From positions 1-64,000 of IMG/VR virus record IMGVR_UViG_3300032093_000070: 64,000 nt of DNA. One strand, 5' to 3'. Source of the stretch: a virus. Under the pieces are notes generated by a model, which made no database searches, had not been told where the DNA came from, and saw only the letters and a list, made by a program, of their open reading frames with translations. The position numbers were made by a program, and so were the translations under genes. Below, piece by piece: positions 18,126 through 27,742 of the stretch (positions are counted from its first letter, which is position 1; each line of letters starts with the position of its first letter).

Positions 18126-18484
18126 TAAATGTGTCCTATGATCGTTTGTGGATTAAATCCGCCAGATTGTACTTGTTTAGCAGCTTGAGTTGGACCCTGT
18201 GATTGTTGACCACCTACTATGCCGGCACCAACGCCGGATCCACTCTGTTGAATTGGGTAACCGCAGTCATAGCATCTAGCTCTTGACTCCGCTGTACCGC
18301 CGTAGTTTGAACTTCCGCAACCAGGACAACGAGGTGACATTTGAATCTGTTGTGATGGTGGGTAGTGTGATTGAACAGGTTGTTGAAAGGTTGGTTGTGG
18401 TTGTACCAATGGAACTTGTTGAGCAGGTACCTGTGGTGTGGGATTACCTAGTTTCTTTGACCACCAATCAGAAGCCATCTTCAT
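18125..18484 (-). CDS. Gln/Pro-rich zinc-ribbon protein
   Basis: CPGC...CYDC. Confidence 0.75.
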   Translation of the reverse strand: MKMASDWWSKKLGNPTPQVPAQQVPLVQPQPTFQQPVQSHYPPSQQIQMSPRCPGCGSSNYGGTAESRARCYDCGYPIQQSGSGVGAGIVGGQQSQGPTQAAKQVQSGGFNPQTIIGHI

Positions 18485-18950
18485 CCTCCAACTTCTTTAT
18501 CGCTATGTCCGATGCTATCGCATTATTGGTAACTAGCCCTAATTGCAACGCTATGGAGAAGCCCCCTACTAGGCTTGATACCGCAATGGCTTTGTAAACG
18601 GACTGCATGGTTATCATATCGTCTTCAAGATCAGCGGTTTCTGAGATCACCCCAGCTTTTTGCATCTCTTTTAACTGCATACTGGACACCGCGTCCGCGG
18701 CTACATCTGATATAAAATCAAGGTACGGCATTAGATCTAAAACTTGTTCGAGGCGTAACTCGCTGTCCTGTCTTTCCTTTTTATTTCCCTCTTCGCTTAC
18801 TGGAGTTAAACCAATCAGTTCGGCAATCTCATTCTCATGCCCCATGCCGGTGTCGTATATGTACCACCGCATTAAAGTTGTTAGGGGAACATCTTTGCTA
18901 ACTGTTACAAAGTCATTATCTTTTCCAAAGAGCTTACGAAACCATCTCAC
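18468..18950 (-). CDS. hypothetical protein
   Basis: 160 aa; GTGA overlap with polA. Confidence 0.7.
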   Translation of the reverse strand: MRWFRKLFGKDNDFVTVSKDVPLTTLMRWYIYDTGMGHENEIAELIGLTPVSEEGNKKERQDSELRLEQVLDLMPYLDFISDVAADAVSSMQLKEMQKAGVISETADLEDDMITMQSVYKAIAVSSLVGGFSIALQLGLVTNNAIASDIAIKKLEDEDGF

Positions 18951-20914
18951 TTAGCCTCACCCCACCGTGTCACAACAGCCATGTCGGCCAACAGTGGGAC
19001 CTTCAAAACATTTATATTTTCCATGGCATCACGGATCGCTTCCTTAGTCTCTTCAACCAAATGGTCTGGAGCTAGGGTAACTAATTCGTCGTGAACGGTA
19101 AGTATGAGCTTGGATTCCTTTGGCAGTCTTTCGTATGCCCTAACCATAGCTAATTTTATAATATCCGCAGCGGAACCCTGAATGCGGGTATTGAACGCCT
19201 GTCTTTCAGCTGAGGCTCGTAGCGCTATATTGTTAGAACGAATGTCTGGTAGGTAGCGACGCCTCTTGTAAAGGGTACTAACATAACCAAGCTTCTTGGC
19301 TACTCCAATCACCAACTGCTTATAGTTGCCAACAGAAGGGAATCGATCAGAGAAATTTGTAAGAAGATCCCTAGCCTCCTGTATAGAGCAACCAATCTGA
19401 CGAGCAATCTTGTCTGGGCCAACGCCGTAGGCAATAGATAGAACCAGCACCTTACCTGCTTTGCGATCCACACCCATCTCATTACCTACAGTGGTATAGA
19501 TGTCACTGCCGTCAAGGTAGTTCTTGATCATGATGGGGTCTTCTGACATGGAAGCAATGATGCGTGGTTCAATCTGTGAGTAGTCTGCTACCACTAACTT
19601 GTAACCCTCTGGTGCATAAAATAAGTTTCTAATGGCGCGACCATGATCTGTGTTAGGCGCAGGAACATTCTGCAAGTTTGGATTCTTACTAGAAAATCTA
19701 CCTGTCTCAGCCCCCCAAGGAATAAAGTCTGCATAGATCTTTCCATTAACTAACAGGCTGTCTCTGTGCTCAACCTTTGACTTACCATTTGTCGTCTTTA
19801 CAACCTCGCCGCCTAAGTAAGGGACAACATAGGTGCTCAATAACTTGTTTAGATCTGAGTACTCAAGTAGTACCTTTACTAGCTCGTCAGTCTCTCTAAA
19901 GTCCTCTAAAGCCTCAGCTGATACTGAATAATCTTTGTAAGTCTTTTCGCCTTCTTTATCTTTACCTTTGCCTGTCAAAAGCTTTGGCTTCAATCCTCGA
20001 CAGCCCTCTTCCTTTGGGCCGTACAAGATGTATTGTTTTTCAGCATTTGAATTGATGTTAAAAACTCCGCCGATCCTATAGATCTCTTTCTTTACTTCTT
20101 CTACCTCTACGCTGATCTTGTCGTATAAAACCTGTAACTGATCTGTGTCAATAGATGCCCCAGTCAGCTTCATCTCACAAAGGACGCGTAACACATCCAT
20201 TTCTAAGTTCATTACCTCGTTAACATTTGCTTCTTTTAATTTAGGAACAAGGTTCTGCCAGAGGAGGAAAGTGTATTTAGCATCTAGGTATGAGTACTTA
20301 GCAACCTCACTAAAACTGTAGTCCTCTACTTTATGACCAATGCCCTTCTCCATGCTGTAACCAAGTTCTCTTTGCAAACAATCATCAAGACCAAGACGAC
20401 CACGATTTTGATTACTGTTGTATAAGAAGGAAGCCATCAAGGTATCAAAGTAAGGCTTACAAGGAACCTCACCGCCGTAATACTTTGCAACAGAACTAAG
20501 ATCAAAACCTAAATTGTGCCCAATCTTTAATGCTTTATCGTTGAAGAATAAAGGCTGGAGTGCTTTGAATACTTCACTCGGGTATAACTGTGCAGGGGCT
20601 TTGCCAAACTCTTTAACAGCTTTTTTCTTATCCCGCGAATAATCTGACTCACGAGCTGGTAATCCTTCAAGTACACGCTTTTCCCCTTGACCGGTAAGCG
20701 GATAGGTTTCACCAATAAACTCACCGTTAGGATGACCAAGTGGTATGACATCGCACCTGCCATAAGTCGCAAACGATAACCAAAGGACTTCATTGACAGC
20801 AGGTACTTCCCTTCGATCACCTACAGTTTCAACATCAAATGCAAAAGCATCTTGCTGTAGGTAGTACGAAATCATTTCGTCTAACTGATCTTTAGTCGTA
20901 ATTATAAAAGTCAC
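18947..20914 (-). CDS. polA: family A DNA polymerase with 3'-5' exonuclease
   Basis: FDVET, HNLGFD, TGRFSS-x2-PNLQN, ADYSQIEPR, K-x7-YG, TVHDEL. Confidence 0.95.
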   Translation of the reverse strand: MTFIITTKDQLDEMISYYLQQDAFAFDVETVGDRREVPAVNEVLWLSFATYGRCDVIPLGHPNGEFIGETYPLTGQGEKRVLEGLPARESDYSRDKKKAVKEFGKAPAQLYPSEVFKALQPLFFNDKALKIGHNLGFDLSSVAKYYGGEVPCKPYFDTLMASFLYNSNQNRGRLGLDDCLQRELGYSMEKGIGHKVEDYSFSEVAKYSYLDAKYTFLLWQNLVPKLKEANVNEVMNLEMDVLRVLCEMKLTGASIDTDQLQVLYDKISVEVEEVKKEIYRIGGVFNINSNAEKQYILYGPKEEGCRGLKPKLLTGKGKDKEGEKTYKDYSVSAEALEDFRETDELVKVLLEYSDLNKLLSTYVVPYLGGEVVKTTNGKSKVEHRDSLLVNGKIYADFIPWGAETGRFSSKNPNLQNVPAPNTDHGRAIRNLFYAPEGYKLVVADYSQIEPRIIASMSEDPIMIKNYLDGSDIYTTVGNEMGVDRKAGKVLVLSIAYGVGPDKIARQIGCSIQEARDLLTNFSDRFPSVGNYKQLVIGVAKKLGYVSTLYKRRRYLPDIRSNNIALRASAERQAFNTRIQGSAADIIKLAMVRAYERLPKESKLILTVHDELVTLAPDHLVEETKEAIRDAMENINVLKVPLLADMAVVTRWGEAK

Positions 20915-20933
20915 AAATAGTCTCCCAATAGGC

Positions 20934-20974
20934 TGAAGGGCTAGTCTAGGGGGTCACCTACAACTAGCCCTTCA
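20934..20974 (-). promoter_or_regulatory. long hairpin directly upstream of the polA ribosome binding site
   Basis: TGAAGGGCTAGT-c-TAGG-gggtca-CCTA-ca-ACTAGCCCTTCA; no U tract. Confidence 0.55.
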
Positions 20975-20986
20975 ACATCTCACTGT

Positions 20987-21652
20987 TTAGGACAAAGCGT
21001 TAGCGATTGCCTCTAGCTCATCCCAAGTTGGCGCTTTAAAAATAGAACTATCGTACGCTTGCATTTCGTTAACGATAGGGGTGACGGCAGCAAGATCAAT
21101 GCCCCAGTCCTCTTGTAGATCTCTCTCTTTGACTGGGTTTACCTGATAGGTAATCGCAGCCATCTCACCAGTTCTACTAAGAGCCCAGTAGCTTCTATTT
21201 AACGGGCCGAATTGTTGATTGTGGTGCGCTGCATAAAGAGTTTTATACAAACGCGGAGTTGCCTTTAATACCTGACGCTGAGGTCCACCTTGGGCGCTGA
21301 GGTTGGCAATAGTAAATGCGCGAATATGGCGAGGAACGCTTCCAAGCTTTACGCATAATGGATCATTAGATCCTAGGGAGATGTATGAACGCTTTCCAGA
21401 AGTTTTCTGAGTAAGCCAATGCTCTTTGTAAGAAGCAAATGGTGTTGCGCTCGGATCAATGAACTTAACGATCTGGAATTGACCGTCAATGAATTTGAAA
21501 TCAACTGGGTAATTTCCACCGCCAGCGGCTGGGGTATCCCATCCACTTGATGAAATAGCGTTTGATGGACGACCTGCGATTTCTGTAGCATTTTGTACTG
21601 AAAAATCATCATTCTCAGTAACGATAGGTGTTTCTTCTCTATTGATTGCCAT
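20987..21652 (-). CDS. probable single-stranded DNA-binding protein
   Basis: Immediately upstream of polA; VKF...EHW...DPLC pattern of gp32-like SSBs. Confidence 0.6.
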   Translation of the reverse strand: MAINREETPIVTENDDFSVQNATEIAGRPSNAISSSGWDTPAAGGGNYPVDFKFIDGQFQIVKFIDPSATPFASYKEHWLTQKTSGKRSYISLGSNDPLCVKLGSVPRHIRAFTIANLSAQGGPQRQVLKATPRLYKTLYAAHHNQQFGPLNRSYWALSRTGEMAAITYQVNPVKERDLQEDWGIDLAAVTPIVNEMQAYDSSIFKAPTWDELEAIANALS

Positions 21653-21663
21653 TAGTATTCTTT

Positions 21664-22131
21664 CTATTTGGTTTCGGTTGCGCGGATGTTAGTCCACGCC
21701 TCGGCTAACTCTTTGCTGAGTTGCCGGTGTTCGGACCATTCTATACGGGTTACCGTAAGGAGTCCAGCCTTATCCAGCATCTCTACAAAGGTTTCAATCA
21801 TTGCTCTAGACCACATCCTTCGACCTGGGCGTTTAGTCCCATACTTGTCAATGGTGTCAGACAACCGATAAGGCGAGGCAGGAATATGCCCTTCCTTGAT
21901 CCACGTGCGGATTGTTATTACGGGTCGTCCAACAGCTGAGGCTAAAGCTCCGATAGTAAACATCTCGATATCAGTCCCGTTAGGCAAAGTTTTTTTGTAA
22001 GGCTTTGCATCCCAGTTTTTATCAACTGTTACTTCCGGATCTTTTTGCACAGGCGCTTTACGCTTGCGCTTACTGCCTGGATAATAATCATCCAGATCAG
22101 CAAAACTATTTTCAATGAAGTCTTCGCTCAT
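21664..22131 (-). CDS. MerR-like helix-turn-helix DNA-binding protein
   Basis: FTIGALA-x2-VGR-x3-TIRTW-x2-EG-x-IP...RRMWS. Confidence 0.8.
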   Translation of the reverse strand: MSEDFIENSFADLDDYYPGSKRKRKAPVQKDPEVTVDKNWDAKPYKKTLPNGTDIEMFTIGALASAVGRPVITIRTWIKEGHIPASPYRLSDTIDKYGTKRPGRRMWSRAMIETFVEMLDKAGLLTVTRIEWSEHRQLSKELAEAWTNIRATETK

Positions 22132-22535
22132 GCTTCTTTAACGAGGAAGGCGTAAGTAATTTTCTCTGGGAACATGGAGTCAATGTCTGCCTCAGAAAGC
22201 TTGCCCTCATAGAAAGCAGCCATGATCGCAGACTCATCTAATGTTGGAATCATTTTGATGCACTGCTCTTTAATGCCGCGTTCTTCAAGAAGCTTTTCGG
22301 CAACAGTAATATCAAGATTTTTAAAAACTTTGCGTTGTTTTGTTAATGTAATTTCGCCTTTAATTGGGTCTTCAACAGTAAGAGTAAGATGACCCTTTTC
22401 AGCAGTCTCGCCGTTGCTTTCAACGTGCTCAGTTAAACGAGTTTTTAATGTATTGACGCGATTGGTGAGTAGCTCTACTTCACCCTTTAATGATAGATAC
22501 TGTCTAAGACTTGTTCTTAGATCTTCTAAAATCAT
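22128..22535 (-). CDS. hypothetical coiled-coil protein
   Basis: GGGGG SD before ATG 22535. Confidence 0.75.
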   Translation of the reverse strand: MILEDLRTSLRQYLSLKGEVELLTNRVNTLKTRLTEHVESNGETAEKGHLTLTVEDPIKGEITLTKQRKVFKNLDITVAEKLLEERGIKEQCIKMIPTLDESAIMAAFYEGKLSEADIDSMFPEKITYAFLVKEA

Positions 22536-22560
22536 TTTGACCCCCTTGTTAGGTGGGTTC

Positions 22561-22590
22561 AAATTAATCTAAAGGGTCTACCTCTGTCAA
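22561..22590 (-). promoter_or_regulatory. SigA-type promoter embedded in the end of the RHH gene
   Basis: TTGACA-18 bp-TAATTT on the minus strand. Confidence 0.65.
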
Positions 22591-22722
22591 GTACTTCTCT
22601 AGCGCGGCGATAATCACGCTGGTTACGGTCACCTTCTGGCGGGCAGCTTTCTTTTGCACGGCAAGCCAAAGGTCGTCAGGGACGCGGATCGTCCTCGTAG
22701 GGGTCTTAGGTGCGTTAGGCAT
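22564..22722 (-). CDS. ribbon-helix-helix DNA-binding protein (not in ORF track)
   Basis: MPNAPKTPTRTIRVPDDLW...VTVTSVIIAALEKYL. Confidence 0.85.
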   Translation of the reverse strand: MPNAPKTPTRTIRVPDDLWLAVQKKAARQKVTVTSVIIAALEKYLTEVDPLD

Positions 22723-22731
22723 CCGAATAGT

Positions 22732-24321
22732 TTATACGGTGGCGTAGGCTAAGAACTGCTTAAGACTGCCTACAGTCATAGGAATTCCACCCTGCTCATC
22801 AATACCTTCGCCGTCAATGACCGCACTTGCCACAGCATTTTTTTGTTGAAGTAGCTCGTACTGTCTATCCTCAATAGATCCGTTAACGATGATGTCTTGG
22901 ATAACAATTGACGGCCAAGTAGAACTGGCTCGTTTTATTCTTCCGTTTCGTTGAGTCGCAGAACCACTGCTCCAAGGCAGATCATAGTTAATGAGTAAGT
23001 TAGCCGCTGGAAGATCGACTCCATAACCACCTGCGTCAGAAGAAACCAAAACACGAATAGTAGGATCAGTGTTGAACGCTGTTTTGTTATCTTCTTTTGC
23101 CTTGGCATCTAACTTACCTGAGTACTTTCTACAAATATCTGTGCCTAAAGCATCAGTTATTTTGTCTAACATATCCACATATGTAGCAAATATAACTACC
23201 TTGTTAGCATCGTTTTGTTCTAAAAATTCTTTTACATATTGGACTAGGAAGTCAAGCTTAGGGGAGGAATCAATTCCATCCAGATACCCAGACTCAACTA
23301 ACTCGCTGGCATACATAGATCCTTCGCCGTTCATGGCGGCAAACTTGCGAGCGCTAGTCCTTAACAGATCTGGGTGAGAGCAAAGCATCTTTAAGCAACC
23401 TATCTTAGACATGATGCGACCTCTGATCTCATCCTCCGGCCCTCCACCTTTGTTCTCTAAACCATAGTGAGCCATAACATTAAAGGAGGCGCCAAATAAG
23501 TTCTGAGCTTCGTCAAGGTCATCCACCAAATCAGTGGCTATCTTGAAGTAAAGCTTTGATGCTTTACGATCTAAAACAATCTTTATAGGATCTTTATGTA
23601 TGGTGTCAGGAAGGAAAGGGGCTACATCTGGATCTTTCTGCGCCTTTCGTACGGCTGCTTCCTTCATCTTCTCATGCAAAGTCTTCAAGTTTCTGTAGTG
23701 CTGAACCGCACCCCAATTGTTTCTAACAATAAAAGCCGAATCAAAGATATCAAATCGACCAAGCACGGATGAATCAACAAACTGCATGATGCTGTATAGC
23801 TCTTCAGGCTTACCGTTTTCTACGGGTGTTCCAGTTAGAGCAAATCTGTACTCTGCGTCGCTTAACTTCTTTACGGCTTTGGATCGTTTTGATCTAAAAG
23901 ATTTAATTGCTGTGGCTTCGTCGCAGACGACGAATGATCGTGGGAGTTTAGATACGGATGCCCAGTCATTAACAACCTGCTCGTAGTTAAGAATGATGTA
24001 ATCAACCCCTGAAGTCCGCCACGCCATTGCTTCGGCGTACTGCTCTGCTCTTTTCTTTGGCGTTCCATCAATAACCAAAGCTCGTGAAGATCCATCTGTA
24101 AACTTCTCAATCTGGTTTGCCCACTGGTACTTTAAACTGGATAGGCAAATAATAAGACCTGGCTCATTTATTTTCCGCTCATCCATCAGCTGTTCTATGG
24201 CGGCTATGGTTATGACTGTCTTGCCCAACCCAAGGTCGTAGGCAACCAATACCTTCTTGCGGTCAATCATTCTGTTTACCGCTTCTGGTTGGTAAGGTAA
24301 AAGAGATCCAGTAAATGTCAT
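22732..24321 (-). CDS. SNF2-family helicase
   Basis: LGLGKT, DEAT, LTGTP, GYGVDL, QRNGRIKR. Confidence 0.9.
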   Translation of the reverse strand: MTFTGSLLPYQPEAVNRMIDRKKVLVAYDLGLGKTVITIAAIEQLMDERKINEPGLIICLSSLKYQWANQIEKFTDGSSRALVIDGTPKKRAEQYAEAMAWRTSGVDYIILNYEQVVNDWASVSKLPRSFVVCDEATAIKSFRSKRSKAVKKLSDAEYRFALTGTPVENGKPEELYSIMQFVDSSVLGRFDIFDSAFIVRNNWGAVQHYRNLKTLHEKMKEAAVRKAQKDPDVAPFLPDTIHKDPIKIVLDRKASKLYFKIATDLVDDLDEAQNLFGASFNVMAHYGLENKGGGPEDEIRGRIMSKIGCLKMLCSHPDLLRTSARKFAAMNGEGSMYASELVESGYLDGIDSSPKLDFLVQYVKEFLEQNDANKVVIFATYVDMLDKITDALGTDICRKYSGKLDAKAKEDNKTAFNTDPTIRVLVSSDAGGYGVDLPAANLLINYDLPWSSGSATQRNGRIKRASSTWPSIVIQDIIVNGSIEDRQYELLQQKNAVASAVIDGEGIDEQGGIPMTVGSLKQFLAYATV

Positions 24322-24857
24322 CTGTGTAAGGCTGCAACCACTTCTAAAGAAAGGTCTTTAAAGTCCCCGCTATTATCAACGATGCGATCGTAGGAATAAC
24401 CATCCATTTGAGTCTCTGAGATATGGGAGTTGACCGCGGTAACGCCGGGGCGAATGACTCTCCAGATCTGACCACCACGTTTCTTTATGGCTTCAGCTTC
24501 GTTAATAAACCTGACATCCGTTATGACTAATCCATCATTTTGGGTAGGTGTGCTGAGGGCAGCGTTAATCCAAACATCTTCGCCCAAATAGTTTCTAGCT
24601 GAAACCCCAAGGTCTTGTAGTAAACGACGAACCTCTGGGTGCTGTTTAGCGCCCTCCCATCCGTTCAAAGCAACAAGGTCTGACAAAGTAGTGTGATTGT
24701 AATTTGATGGGCCAATGCCTACATAAGGATTTAAATCCAAAAGCATGTGCCTAATGTTGTCTGCAAAGGCAACTCTGGTATATCCATAGTTCTCTACGAG
24801 AAATTGAGCCACGGTGTCTTTGCCGGATCTTGCGTATCCAGATAACCCAATGATCAT
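24318..24857 (-). CDS. deoxynucleoside monophosphate kinase
   Basis: GYARSGKDT, FAD, RRLLQDLG, TDVRF-x-NE, HISE. Confidence 0.9.
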   Translation of the reverse strand: MIIGLSGYARSGKDTVAQFLVENYGYTRVAFADNIRHMLLDLNPYVGIGPSNYNHTTLSDLVALNGWEGAKQHPEVRRLLQDLGVSARNYLGEDVWINAALSTPTQNDGLVITDVRFINEAEAIKKRGGQIWRVIRPGVTAVNSHISETQMDGYSYDRIVDNSGDFKDLSLEVVAALHR

Positions 24858-25780
24858 ACGACTGCCTTCTTCCCTTGAGCTATGTGCTTGGCTTTTTCTA
24901 GTCCCAACCTTATCTCATCTAAGCTCATAGCCCCGACATCCTTCATATCTGTGTGTTGGTAGTTAAAAAACCACGCCTCTACCCCCATCTCTTGGCACTT
25001 GTTCAGTAGCTCAATTGATGAGGAGGTTCCCGCTAAGTCGTTGTCCATAGCAAAGATAATGCGGTCAGCCCCTCGAATAGCGTTCAATTGAGACTGAGAT
25101 ACTAAAGCGCCCATAGTAGCCACCCCGCCAGTAAAACCTAAAGAGTGTAAGCGAACCGTATCTAAAGGAGACTCAACTACGATCATGTCTCCGCCTTTGT
25201 ATTGCTGATACCCAAACAAAGAATGACTCTTTTTCATCTTAGGAGGTTGGTTGTTAAAGTAACGAGACGCAAATCCCTTTTCTTGCCATCCTAAAAGCTT
25301 TCCTTGTAGATCTCTAACAGGAAGAATCCAATTATTTTTTCTGTGATCCCACAACACTTGGTAGTGCTGAGCTGAGGTTAGAAGTAAGCCTCGTGATGTC
25401 AAAGCTTCAGCTGGCGGATCAACAAAAGCACTTAACATTGATTCGGTGATCAATGACGGCTCTTCAATTGGTTGTTTCTTTTCGTTAGTAACTCTGTGGA
25501 ATCTTTGTACTAAAGCGTCTGGAGAATCCATCCAATCTTTTGCCTTATCAAAGTCAATACCTTTAACATAACTAATAAGACCGTACAGACTTCCCTTGAA
25601 CTGGCACGAAAAACAAATGTGTTGACCTGTATCTGCGTTGATCCACCATGACGGATTACGATCCTCGTGACCAGTTCTGTCTTTGTGTGCTGGACAGCTT
25701 GCCTGTAGCTCGCTACCTCGATTAGAAAGTACTTTTATCCCGAGACTAGCGAGAGTAGTTTCCATCTCCTCAGAAGTCAT
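24854..25780 (-). CDS. DnaG-like primase
   Basis: CPAH...CFSC zinc finger; VES-x2-D and MDND TOPRIM motifs. Confidence 0.88.
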   Translation of the reverse strand: MTSEEMETTLASLGIKVLSNRGSELQASCPAHKDRTGHEDRNPSWWINADTGQHICFSCQFKGSLYGLISYVKGIDFDKAKDWMDSPDALVQRFHRVTNEKKQPIEEPSLITESMLSAFVDPPAEALTSRGLLLTSAQHYQVLWDHRKNNWILPVRDLQGKLLGWQEKGFASRYFNNQPPKMKKSHSLFGYQQYKGGDMIVVESPLDTVRLHSLGFTGGVATMGALVSQSQLNAIRGADRIIFAMDNDLAGTSSSIELLNKCQEMGVEAWFFNYQHTDMKDVGAMSLDEIRLGLEKAKHIAQGKKAVV

Positions 25781-27017
25781 CAGGAAGTCCTCCAAGATCT
25801 TCTTCTGATATCTCTCTAAATTCTCCTGTGTTCCAGTCCCAACATAGTGGAACCTCGGCAAGACCTGAGTTACGGCTTGCAACAATCTTTAAAGTTCTAA
25901 GGTCATCGTTTGCTTCCTCTTGCCTTTGCAGACCAAAAATAACATCAGCATCTTGATGGAATGAGGATGAGTATCCAATAGCATCAGCAGAGACTTGACC
26001 CTTCTTCATCTTCCACGACAACACCTGCGTAGTAATAACCACAGGCTTTTGTATCTTTTGCGCCAGTCGTTTCAAAGATCGAGTGATGTTAGTAAGGGCT
26101 TGAGGTGTATTGGACTCGCCCGTTTGCTCATCAATCATGAGGTAGGTGCCGTCAATAAAAACAATATCTGGATTTCTGTTTTGGATCTTGCTAGCAATAC
26201 CACTTACCGTTTGACCGCTAGCTGAGTCTACAAACCAGAACTTATCTCTCATGTCTTGAATTGACTTAACCTTGGCGTAATACCGTGCTTCTTCCTCTGG
26301 GCTCAAAGATCCGGTCATTAACCTTCTATGTGAGATGCGAGAACGCATAGCGTAGTAGCGGCTCTCTTGTTCTGCGTTGCTCATCTCAAACGAGTAGAAC
26401 ATAGGGACTTTACCCTCTAGGTGTGAGTTGATAGCAATCTGTAAAGCTAATGTGGATTTACCTGTCTTTGGTGGCGCAATGATCACAACTAGTTGACCTG
26501 GCTGTAGACCAGAGGTTGCCTCATCCATAGTAGGAAATCCAGTAGGGATACCAAGTAGCCCAGGATTATTCTTTCTATGTTCATACGCATCAATAGCATT
26601 TTGCGCTGCCTTAGTAACTTCGAGGTCAGTAGATTTATTAAGTCCTTCTTCCTCTAACTTGATGATGCCAAGTTCCATGGCACGAAGAGCAGACTCGTGA
26701 TCCTGCGCTTTCTCCATTGCATCAAGAGCTGAACCCAAGGTTGCGATGATGCGTTGTTTACGACGCTCATTTGTTAAGGAGTCAACTAAATAAAAAATGC
26801 TGTCTTCTACAGCAGTTAGTTCAAACGAAGGAAAGTTTTCTTTTACTACATCAAGGCTTGGGCACTCTTGATAGTTTGAGTAGTGGTCGTGTAAAAATCT
26901 AAATATCTTTTTATCAGTAGGATCGGAAAACCAAGACTCATTGATATTACTTTCTAAGGCAAGAGAAAGATCTCTGTCTTTTATTATCTTGCTTAGAAGC
27001 CTCGTTTGATTATTCAT
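25770..27017 (-). CDS. dnaB: DnaB-like replicative helicase
   Basis: GIPTGF, APPKTGKS, SFEM, FIDG, QDAD. Confidence 0.9.
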   Translation of the reverse strand: MNNQTRLLSKIIKDRDLSLALESNINESWFSDPTDKKIFRFLHDHYSNYQECPSLDVVKENFPSFELTAVEDSIFYLVDSLTNERRKQRIIATLGSALDAMEKAQDHESALRAMELGIIKLEEEGLNKSTDLEVTKAAQNAIDAYEHRKNNPGLLGIPTGFPTMDEATSGLQPGQLVVIIAPPKTGKSTLALQIAINSHLEGKVPMFYSFEMSNAEQESRYYAMRSRISHRRLMTGSLSPEEEARYYAKVKSIQDMRDKFWFVDSASGQTVSGIASKIQNRNPDIVFIDGTYLMIDEQTGESNTPQALTNITRSLKRLAQKIQKPVVITTQVLSWKMKKGQVSADAIGYSSSFHQDADVIFGLQRQEEANDDLRTLKIVASRNSGLAEVPLCWDWNTGEFREISEEDLGGLPDDF

Positions 27018-27421
27018 AATACTCCGATGTCCAATCCCCAATGCCCATACCGTAACAGCCTATCCGGTTTATCTAACACACCTAACACCTCTGGTCGGTA
27101 AGGTAGTTCATTAACGAGCTGTTCTACTTTCCCGTAAGAGGTGTAGTATCTAAATGGGTTGCCCCCTATTTCGTCAAGTGTATCTACCAAAGATTTAAGA
27201 TCTTCTTCAGATAGATCATAAGAAATTAACTCAAGGGTTGTTCCAGTTCTAGTTGTGTATAAGTACAACCAACTTAAGAACTGACGGTTTATCTTCTTAT
27301 CAATTTTAGGCACAGGAAATATCCTGAGCTTTTTTTGTACAGTGACCTCAACCGTTAAGAATGTATCTGTAGTTACGATTATTCTTCTCGGGAGATCATT
27401 ACTAATGTCTCCCTTACGCAA
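27014..27421 (-). CDS. hypothetical protein
   Basis: 135 aa ORF within the replication operon. Confidence 0.7.
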   Translation of the reverse strand: MRKGDISNDLPRRIIVTTDTFLTVEVTVQKKLRIFPVPKIDKKINRQFLSWLYLYTTRTGTTLELISYDLSEEDLKSLVDTLDEIGGNPFRYYTSYGKVEQLVNELPYRPEVLGVLDKPDRLLRYGHWGLDIGVL

Positions 27422-27742
27422 CTAAATGACCTCTACTTTTCCAAACTTAATTATGAAATCGCGGAAATCATTATTTGATCTGCGAGCTTTCTCTGCGTCT
27501 TCAGCTGTGGCTCGACTGGAGATCTCTAAAGGGTAACCATTACCTTGGTTAGCTTCAACTCTAGCCTTTACAAACCTGATGTGTTTACAACTAGATCGGC
27601 TTACATAGCCGGGGCAAGTGCAATAGTACTTGCCACTCTTTTCTCCATAAGAAACTTCATAGATGCCAGTACCAGAAGTATTGGTGTTTGGTAAAAAGAT
27701 TTGAACTAATCTAGCATCGTCAAGCATGGGTGTTTCTCTCAT
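27422..27742 (-). CDS. SWIM zinc-finger protein
   Basis: YEV...CTCPGY-x5-CKH. Confidence 0.8.
   Translation of the reverse strand: MRETPMLDDARLVQIFLPNTNTSGTGIYEVSYGEKSGKYYCTCPGYVSRSSCKHIRFVKARVEANQGNGYPLEISSRATAEDAEKARRSNNDFRDFIIKFGKVEVI

Noticed and set aside
3268-27017. Inteins or introns in nrdJ, recA, polA and dnaB
   Set aside because: All are uninterrupted, of normal length, and lack intein terminal motifs
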